A stretch of DNA of 64,000 bases from Cirrosporium novae-zelandiae (lineage: Eukaryota): contig JAPETS010000043.1 in the NCBI GenBank assembly GCA_026023565.1, forward strand, positions 62,001 through 126,000. Reading direction: 5' to 3'. Numbering within the stretch: the first letter of the stretch is position 1; each line of letters begins with the position of its first letter. Below, one piece after another: positions 50,195-60,587 of the stretch. The translations under genes were made by a program, and so were the position numbers. Under the pieces are notes generated by a model. It searched no databases, was not told where the DNA came from, and was given only the letters and a program-made list of their open reading frames with translations.

Positions 50195-50551
50195 GGTGAG
50201 ACATGCAGATTAGGACTTTTGAAGGTTGTCCTGAAGGAGAGGAGATATAAATCGTCCAGAGACGCTGGAAGGTCAGTTGGAGTGCCCGGTCGAGTGCCCG
50301 ATACGATAAACCTGAAATGCAATGTCTTTCGGGCAAAATGCTTAAGGTCACCTAATCACACCGACTTCTTTTATCGGTAACTACCGTTTTGACGTATTTG
50401 CTGGCAAAACTCCACAATTGCCTAACCTTAATGGCTACCAACATCCTGTGTGTCTCCATACAACCTGGCTATTCAATATAATCCTCTGTAGTATAAATTC
50501 GATAACCCCTCACTAAGTTCATCTCTTGATCTAATTAGTTACAAATAGGAT

Positions 50552-52317
50552 ATGACATTACGGTTACTATCCCCTACCAGCCTATGCCGCGTTTTCACCC
50601 TAAGTTTTCGGTTCTCATCTATCTATCATCATCGAGTATGCTATCAATTCAGCCTTATCGCAAGAAATCATACCTCGTCCAAAAGGTCATCCACCCAATT
50701 TCCAAGAACACCAAAGCAGCTTTATGATGGTGGTGAGATTACTGAAGTCAAGGAGAGAAGAAAAAACTTTGCAATCAGCTTAGCCGCAACAAGACCTGCT
50801 TCTGTTGTAAGGACATCACTGGCTCACTTTAAATCCTTTGCGACTGAATGATATAATAGATCCCTAGTGATTTTATCTCAGCAGTGCCAACCCTACCAAG
50901 GAATCATTCGTTGCTTTCCAAAGACCTCCTGATTTTGCTTACACCTAAACTCGCAACTTGGCTTGATGATGGCTTCCTCACACAGGTGATTAAGAAGTTA
51001 CTTCCTGACGTTCACGAAAGTTTACCCCAGAAATGTGCTGTCGCTGTCGTCGATCGCATTAGTGCTCCAGAGATGCTGCTGAAGGATCATAATACCCCAG
51101 GACAGTGTTCAGATGATAACCTGTCAGAGGCTGTTGTGGGGTTCGAAGGCATGTCAATTCTGGGGGGGGTATCAGGGTTAACCCATAAAAAAATACATCC
51201 GCCAGAGTTAAATATAGCATTCCACGCAAATCTCGAGTTTAGAACCCTAGGACCAGAGATAAAAATAAGACGAACCAATATTGCCGTTCCTCTTGCTAAT
51301 ACACTATTTGTCAACGGGTACCCCTCGACAATGTTTGTAGCAAGTTGGCAACCTGATTACGTCCAGGACTCAACTTCAATATGCAGCATTGACTTACCAC
51401 CCCTGAATTTTATATCCTCTCCATCAGTGGAAATTCCTCTAATACCTTTAACTAACGCTGGGGTTATTATGTCTTCCATGGGCAACATAGTAAGATCTAT
51501 AACTCCGAGTATGAAATCCAAAGATCCAATTCCCGCTTCTCAAAATCTCGAAGCTGCTGTTTCGAAATATTTCGAAGTAAATAAAGTCCCACCCCACACC
51601 CTGGATGTATGGGCTTTAGTTATTCCGAGAGAGCATTACTGGGATGGTCGTGATGAAAGCCATTGGAAGTGGGTGATAGAACCAGTTAGCATCCCGAAGC
51701 TTCCATTGAGCGAATATGTACAATCTATTCAAAGTCGCCACATTGCAATAGCACTTCTACATGGAGCCAGCGTGTATAAAATCCTAAGTGGTGGTGGTGG
51801 CTGGGGTGTGAAGCGAGGATTGCTATCCTTGGACCCTGACGAGGAAAATATTGTAAATCAAGATATTGAAAATGCTTTCAGTGACATGATTACAGAAATA
51901 CCAAGACTAAGAAACTTTTCAGATAGTAGGGATGGGGATATCGTTCAGTTCTACTGCTGCCCAAAGAGTGAAGTCGATTTGAAGCCTATTTCCCATGTAT
52001 CTGAAGTAGGGCACCCATCAACTTGTTCTATTGCCAATTCAGATGTCTTCTCTACTCCGCCTTCATGTTCTTTCGGGACGATCCCTTCTGATTCACCGCT
52101 CCCAACCTTCTCTAGCCTCGCCTCCAGCGACAATGCTAATATAATTACGTTCTATAATCATTTCGGTGCTCTTTCGGAACGTGCCATGAGACTCACAATC
52201 TCCTCAGTTGATTGTGGGATTGAGAAGCATGATGCTAGGGATGTGTTAAAAGGGAGGCCGTCCAATCGACCCAAGCAAAAGAAAATCGATGTACCATTTA
52301 CTAGGATAAATTTCTAG
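50552..52317 (+). CDS. Conserved fungal protein of unknown function with presequence-like N-terminus; exons 50552-50806, 50860-52317
   Basis: Intron GTAAGG...CTGAAT...TAG (50807-50859) joins the two ORFs in frame. Motifs PLANTLFVNG, SMGNIVR, PASQNLE and ILSGGGGWGVKRGLLSLDP. Confidence 0.8.
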
Positions 52318-54249
52318 CACTTGCAAATTTTTATCCAAGAATGTAATATATATTCATGTATAATGCTTATGCCTTAAATTTGTTGATTTTTTCCCCATAA
52401 TAATAGGCCATTGATATATTAGCTCCCTTGTACGTATACATACGCTCGCTTCATCTAGAGACTCCCTAAAATGGGGAGCAAAATCTCAAGGAAACGCTCT
52501 CCTACTATATCACCTTTACTTCCTTGATTGCATTAAATTCCGCCAGCACCTAGACCCGACATTGTTTAGTTAGTAGTAGTACATGTACGTATCATGAATC
52601 CCTTTCCCAAAAATGCTAACCGGAGTTAATCCACATAATAATAGCTGGATAGATACAACGAACCAAAGGTTTTTGGCTCAAAATAAAAATTAAAGATTAA
52701 AACTCTTCTTTGCTAGTACTGATAATAGAATATTGTAGATAAATCTACCTGATTACATATAGATATATTTATTAATAATTTACTTTCCTTCATCCTTTCA
52801 TGGTGAGTGAACCCCTATGGTTCCGGGAGAAGGAGAGGCGGTCGGTCACTAGAGTTTTTTTTTAGCCACGCCCTTCGACCTTGTCAAATCTATAGTCTAT
52901 TAAAGATTGATCATTGACTCACCATGTTATATTTCCCATAAAAAAAATCCAACTTAAACCCCAATACCCATTATGCCATCTTTATTCCCATTCTCTTATT
53001 TTGCATATTCATAGCATGTCATTGTCTCGCTATATTATTCATCCCTCTCCCCTTGTATCTTGTGTATTATGATTTTTGAGGTACTGTATAAAGACATCCG
53101 AAACCGGTAATTTGGGCTCTAGGGTTATTAATTACCTTCTTCTTCTTCTTCTTTCCTTTGAACTCAAACATTCCAACCAACTTGACTTTGCAGCAGCCCA
53201 TTCTCCTTTGGAATTAACAACTAGAAAAAAAACAAGGTCGAATATCTCATTATTAAATCTTCGGTCGGGTATAGATATATATTATCACCCTTTTGAGCAA
53301 GAAGGATGATGACCTACCTACTCAGGTCCAGTTTTTTTTTTCAAACTTTAACCCTTTGCACTGGAGGAACGGTAATCACACACTACTATCTATACCCTCA
53401 TGGGTCCACCAAGTTTGAACAATATAATCACGGGATCGTCCACCAGAATACTACATAAGACCTTGTTGAGAACATGGGAAAAGTCCAAGGATTAGTTGGA
53501 TATATATAATGGAAGAAACCTAGAAGAAGCCGAAAGGTCTGGATGAGGTATGGTAAGTCTCTTGATCGTTATACCTTGCCCCCCTTTTTGAAGCTTGGTC
53601 GGGTGCTGCTTTCAATATTTCCCCTGCATTCATTTCATCTCATGTCTTCAAGCTTATAGAAGTGTCAAGGATACTGCTTACCCAGACACCAAATTAGAAC
53701 ATAGCCCCCTCAAATCCCCAAAGGCTAGGAGATCCTTAAGTCTTCTTCAACATATCCGATGTTCTAGACTATTTCTATCTCATCCCAGCCCCCAAGTCCG
53801 ACTGTCGTTTGTCTTGTTGGAGTCTTTATGATGAGCGCAATCTATCGCAAGAAGTGTGATGTAGACCTTTGTCATAGGTAGTTTGTGGGTCACAGGAAGC
53901 TAACATATGAAAGTTATGCAGAGACGTCAATAGCCCATGGGAAACTCTGCTCCTGTTGGAATATCCTCGTTAGTAAAAGATAAAATAGTGAAGCTAAAAA
54001 TATCTCCTGCAGTGAAAGAAATGGATCTGAGATGGAAAATGCCTATTGGCGAAAGGAACGCGGGGCCGTTTTTATGTCAGCAAAAGGCAATAATTATTTG
54101 CATTCTAATGCTCAAAAGCATGTATGGGGGGATATATCAACATCGAATCACCGCCACCATCGTCCTTTTCATCAACCCATCGTACACAAAAGCAAGTGGT
54201 TATTACCCATAACGCACGCCCGAAACACACATTAACACCACACCATTGT

Positions 54250-56173
54250 TTACGCCAACCAATACCAAAACTTCTGCAACCAATTCTTCGGAATTTGTTC
54301 TGGCCATAACCCATCCATCGCATCCAAGGCTGCCTTGCCGGTATGCAAATCGGCCACGGCACTATCCACGACCTTGGTTTTCTTGAAGATCTTCCAGAAA
54401 GCATACAATAAGAAGAAGATGGGAACACCGATGTAGTCGGTTATGAAGCTGTCAGAGTCCCAAGGACTCCATACGTAAAAGCCATTGAAGAAGATTATAA
54501 TGGCGAAGTAGAAGAAGGAGAACCATGCGAGGTATGGCTGGAAGGGAGATTTGAAGACGAGGCTGTTGCGGTCGATACCTTGCATTCTTAGGGCCTTGTG
54601 AAATTTAATGTAGGCAATGCAGATGGAGCACCAAGAGAAGAGGGTGGTGATAGTGGTAAGATTCTGGAACCATTCGAATACAGTGTTGGAGCCAGATGAG
54701 CAAGCCATGTAGGTCAGAAGGCCAACGGAGACGGTGAATGCGACGCAGTAGTACGGGACACCACTACAGAGGGTGTTAGTCAAACAGGACTTATAAGAGA
54801 ATATAGGTGAGGACTTACGTCTTGCTGCACTTGAGTAGGAAGCGAGGGGCTTGCTTGATTTGCGCCAAACCAAAGAGATATCGACTGCCAGTATACAGGA
54901 AAGCGTTTGCGGAGGAGGAGGCAGAAGTCAAGATGACAGCGTTGATAATTGACGGGAGAACAGGAATACCAGCACGATAAATGGCAATGACCCATGGAGA
55001 TTGCGCCGCACCAGCCGCACCGCTAGCTTGTGCCGATAGAAGTCTCGAATCGTTGTATGGAATAAGAACACCGACGGCCAGGGAACCAAGCACGTAGAAA
55101 AACAAGATACGCCAGAAGACACGACGGACGGCCTTGGGAATATTCTTCCGTGGATTCTCGGCCTCCCCAGCTGCAATAGCGACCATTTCCACACCACCAT
55201 ATGAGAAAGCGGCATTGACAAGGGTTGAAAAGAGGCCAAGGAAACGTCCAGTGTCGCCAGTACTGATGTACTCATTCATGGCACCGGGAGTCTTCCAGTA
55301 ATGAAATCCCAGACGACCTTCGCCAGGAGCACCGCCGAGGTCTATGATAAGAGCGAGAATGAGGAGGCCAACAATGGTGATGATTTTCATACTGGCAAAC
55401 CAGAACTCGGCTTCTCCGTAAATCGAGACGGCGAAAATATTCAGGGCAAGAATAAGGACAAGAACCATTGAAATCCATGCGGCGACATTGATATCAGCTG
55501 CCCCGTTCCAGAATTGAATAACGGTCGCGGCGGCCGAGATTTCAGCGCAGAGGGTGATAGCATAGGAATACCAGTTCTGTGTTATCAGTTAGTGAGTCGT
55601 TTCAAGCAGCTCATTCATTAAATCCACATACGTTCCAACCAACAGCAAAACCGAGTGCTTCATCGACGTAACGAGCACAGAATTGTGGGATAGAACCAGG
55701 AAGAGGTAGCCAGGTTGCCATTTCACCAAGACATTGCATCTAATCATCAAGGTTAGAAGATAATCATAATGACACTCTGTAGGGTAATTTTCTCACCATT
55801 GCGTATACAGCACATCCGGTAAAGGTATAACCAAGCAACACACTCAGAGGACCAGCTTGAGTAAAGGCACGTCCAATACCGAGGAAAAGACCTGTACCAA
55901 TGGTACCACCAAGGGCAATGAATTGTATATGACGGGATTTGAGACTATGAGTGTTAGGATATAAGTCACGATAAATGGAAAAGCATATTATGAATCTTAC
56001 CCACGACTAACATAACCCATCTCTTCAGCTGTTTCAAGATCACCATAAACATCTGCTGCTTCACCTAGCCTCATCCCCTTCTGTTCCGCGGCATCTGGGC
56101 CACGCCGTCCAGACTCGTAGGGTGGAGCCGAAGACGAGTCGACATTATACTCTAAATCAGTTTTTTCCGCCAT
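54250..56173 (-). CDS. prnB: Amino acid permease (YAT family), PrnB/Put4 proline-permease type; exons 56173-56001, 55944-55797, 55739-55632, 55576-54819, 54763-54250
   Basis: EAADVYGDLETAEEMGYVSRGLKSRHIQFIALGGTIGTGLFLGIG, LGEMATWLPLPG, YGEAEFWFAS and AAGEAENPRKNIPKAVRRVFWRILFFY. Four canonical introns. Substrate inferred from resemblance only. Confidence 0.9.
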
Positions 56174-57740
56174 GTTGAAGGGATCCCGGATATCAGGGAA
56201 TATGAAATAAAGAGGAAAGGAAAAGAGTGCTGGGTCAAAAGACCTTCCTCAAGAAGAAGAAAAGCTTCCAAGTTGAGAAGAAGAATCTGATCAGGTCCTC
56301 GATTGAATGAACAAGAGAACGGGCGTGGATGGTTGGGGGTCAGTGTTAAAGGGCCACAAAGATCACTCAAGGAGTACGAGGCTGGATACTTATAACAGCA
56401 TAACCATATTTCCAATGGTCGGGGACACGAGTTATTGGGGCCTATGGGAGACATGAGAGACATTATCCAGGCTGAGAGTTTACTCGGGCGTTCACCACCA
56501 AACAGAGGGAGACCCACCATGCAACCCTACGATATCTGCAAGAGCCTTGCCAAGAGGGAATTAAAGATGGTGGTTGGACGTTAAGGTCACACCTGGTTAC
56601 GTGAATCTTAAGATGGCGAGTTAAAGGTAGAATTGTCCCATGTCGGGGTATACAGGGTTGCTGATCAGCAAGGGAGCAAAGAACTATGACAGTTCCCGGC
56701 GACAAATTGAATGTGATGATGGCGACCAAATGGCCTGCAGTCGGCACCCCCGTTGATCTAAATGATAGCCAAAATAATAGTCAAGATTGGCCAAATAAGT
56801 CAAGACTGAATTTGACTGGGGGAGGACCTCAAATTGGCCACGGTAGCAACTCAAGCTCCGGGAAGACGAGGGAATTTGACTGGGCAAAGTCTTATCAGGG
56901 CACTTTGCAGGTCAATTAACTATTATGGCTTTAACGGCAGGTGGAATATGAACTTGGCTTGTCCAGAGCCCCCTTACAGCAGCCATAAAGTGATTATGAT
57001 TGGATGAAATTGTTTCTGGTCTACTACCGTATCAATGACCAGATATGAATGTACTTAAGGTATTTAATCTATCCTAAATTTGGATTTAAATCCGAAAGCC
57101 AGCTTGTGTTGGACGTGGGGTAACTAGGATTTGACAAGCTGAATTGAAGGATTTGGAGAGGGAACGGTATGCTGGACACTTGGACACTGGAGACGCCGAA
57201 CGCTGAAGCCTTTGCATCGCAGCCGTTTTTGGTCAACAAATGATTTGAGCTTTGCCACGAATAATAATATGTACAGTGCCTCTTTTCCTTCCAGGCTAAT
57301 TTTCAAAATTATCTCTCTCCCTCTTTTTCTCTCTCTATGATAAAATTATTATACCTTGGATTACTGTGTGGTAAGTCAAGTCGGACCAATTGATTGCCTT
57401 TTGTGTTTATGTGGCTGACTCTCTTGGCTCCTCTTTTTTTTTTTTTGGTCAAAGGTGGTTCATGGAAATCTGGTGAGAGGCTTGATTTTTTTCTCAGTTG
57501 TTTGTGAGGCTGAAATGATCTGAGATGAAGATGACCTGTTATGTTTCGTGCCACTATCTTTGTAAACTCACAGGGTTACAGAAGTCACCAGAGAGGTTAT
57601 ACCTGATTCAGGCAATTTTCTAGAATCAACCATTTCCTTGCCTTAGGCCTCCCAAGCTTCTTTTTTTCCCTTCCCGTCTTGCATGCGCAGCCATGATGAC
57701 TTCCACGAATAATCGGCCTTGAGTAACATCCTTAACATGC

Positions 57741-57803
57741 TTGAAATGCTTGAAAACCCTTGTAAATCCTTGCAAATCCTTGCAAATCCTTGAAAATCCT
57801 TGA
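57741..57803. repeat. Degenerate 10-bp tandem repeat (aaatccttgN)
   Basis: About five to six consecutive units such as aaatccttgc. Confidence 0.85.
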
Positions 57804-60587
57804 CTCGTAATAATGACCGACGGAAGGATTCATATGGGTTCATACTAGAGTACTGAGTATGTGCTTTGCCGTCAGCTCATTCTACTCTGGTCTTTCGTCA
57901 ATACGCTACCTTATCTATTGTCGTATAATATATGGTAACTTGACATTTCTAGATAACAGCAAATATGAATTACTACTTCCAGTCACTCATCAAATCAGGA
58001 TAAAGAGAGTGAATGGATGACTGGGGGGTACAAAGATAATGAAACGGAGGTGGAACTCGCCGAGTTAATTTTACCTAGGCATTAATTTATTAATATTTGA
58101 TCAAACATGCCAAATCTTTTCTCAAGCGACCATCCATCAGATCATCCACTTACCGCCGGACCTCAGATCGTCCTTGGAGCCGCCCACCGCCCACCCCTCC
58201 CGCAGCAAGCAGCAAGACAACATGAATTTGGCAGTTGACCACGCTACCACCACAGCTTCCACCACACTCCATCATCATAGACTCACCCATAGTAAGTCTT
58301 CTTGAGAAAATATTCATCGTCTATCTAACTAGTTACCAGATACAGCTAGCCATGCGATAACATGATCCTCTATTGCAGTACTCGAGTACACTCCCCTTCA
58401 TGATTCATTCAGCATCGACCCATAGAGGATCCAATATCATGGACCACGATTAAAACTGCCTCTCGATTTCGTGTTTGGAGATTTCGTGCCAACTCAAAAG
58501 CTCGAGCCAAAAATCCGAACTCTGTCTCCTCCTATGGTTCGACCACTACAGTAACCATCTAAACTATTTTTGAGTTGTGGGAAAACCTTCTACCATATCA
58601 ACCCTAACCTCTATTGAGTATATATAGACGCGACCAGCATCGTCGTTTCGGCCCGTCCTCACGCCGCATAACATTTTAAATCTTGATGGTCAAAATTGCT
58701 TGTTACTGTTATCATGCTTCTTCCAAGATATCCAAGACCCGTCTAATTTCTTCCAGAATTTTCATCTCATGCAGGTTCATCCGCTTCAAACCGATTGCAC
58801 GCGATACATCTCCAAAAGCCTAGTCCCCAGAATCCTTCTAGAATTTTTACACTTGGCAAGTAAAGACGGAATACGTCCGCATTTCTTTCAAGAACTTCTC
58901 AAACTCCCAGTTTGAGCCACGTCACCAAAGGGTTACTTTTACCATTTACCTTGTTCTGAGTTCCCGGTCGGGAAATAAAGTTAATTATCTATGCCAAAAT
59001 TGATCATTGTCCAAGAGTGGAACCGTTCCATGTTTCCGCACTTAAAACGTCTTTTTGTTTGGTCTCTGGTTTGGTATACCAAAAAGTTACTTTACCAATA
59101 ATTAACCCACTGCTTTTCCTCAATTGGGTTTCTTTCCACCATGCACTAATTAATTGCCTTTGCGGAGTAGCTTCCTTTTCTTTTAAGCTTGGCATGAATA
59201 CGTATCTTTACGTGGAGAAAGTACGTATTGCATCTCAGTCTTTTATTGTCTGGCTACCAATAGTTGATGATGTTCCTGTCTCAAACTCGATGGCGAGGTT
59301 GAAAGGTGGCAATTACTCCTTGGAAACAATAATTCTACAGAAATGGAACACAAAAACTACCTCTTAAGCTACTAATCAACCAAACCGGTAGATAGATAGA
59401 CAGGTAAGCTTCAGCTATCCCCAAGAAGCCCATCTCCACCTCGTAACTACAAAAATGCGGTCCAACATCGTATTTTCCACCAAATAGACTAGAAATAACT
59501 AAGAACCTCACTATGCACCGAAAACCCAAAACCAACTAATATAATATAAACTCATAACCTAGACCAACAAATCTCAACTCCCTTCCCTCCAAAAACCCTT
59601 CTTCCTATAACTACAAATAACCTAATTCAACCGTACCCAACTCTCACCATCAGATCCCCATCCTCCAGATAGACAAACCGAGAGCCCTCATCATATATAT
59701 ATAAATCGAACCACCCTCCCCTCTCCCCCATATCAACCAACTCGTAATACTCGTCCAACAATAAAAAAACAAAACAAAAATAAAAATCCCCACCAGATCC
59801 GAATTTGGAGATTATCTATCTCACAACTACACGAGTAATTATTCAAATGCCTATTCATTATCATAAAACTATACCTTCTTTCCTTCCCACCCCCCCCTTT
59901 CAACTATAAATAACAAACTAACAAAAACAATAAAATCATACATGCACACATACATAACATCTTCAGGTACTAAGGCTCGAAAAAAAAAAAAAAACACCAC
60001 TAACTACATCATCCTACCAACGCCACACCACACCACATTAAACGAACGAACGAACGAACGAACAAATCTTCTTATTAAGGCGAGAGAGAGCGCGAACAGG
60101 AAATGGGGGCTTATAACTCTATACCCATAGCTCATACTCATACTTATACTTCATACTAATAATACAATAATACAATAATACAAAGATTCCAAGCCCCAAC
60201 TGAATAGGGGTGACAATTTTTTTACTTTACTTTACTTTATGAGGGGTGTAGTGTAGTGTAAGCTTGCTTGCTTGCTTCTATGGAGGAGGAGAGGAGGAGA
60301 ACCAAATACCAATACCAATACCATACCCTGGCTCAATCAAGTATATGTATGTCGAATCCCATGATTTTCTTTTAAACATGATATATAATTACATTGCTTC
60401 TTCCCGTGTCACCAAAAATGAGTGAATGTCTAGTATTAACCACGTATGTATGTATACCTTCACAAAAGAAACATAAAAGAGCTCCAACCATTGCACTTTT
60501 ATTCCGTCCCCTTCAAGGACTGTACATGCAATGCCCTTTCCTTAACTCCAACCCCAGCTCGATTGGACCCCGATGAGATAGATACCC

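Noticed and set aside
54250..58000. prn proline-utilisation cluster around the permease
   Set aside because: No proline oxidase, P5C dehydrogenase or Zn2Cys6 regulator is visible nearby.
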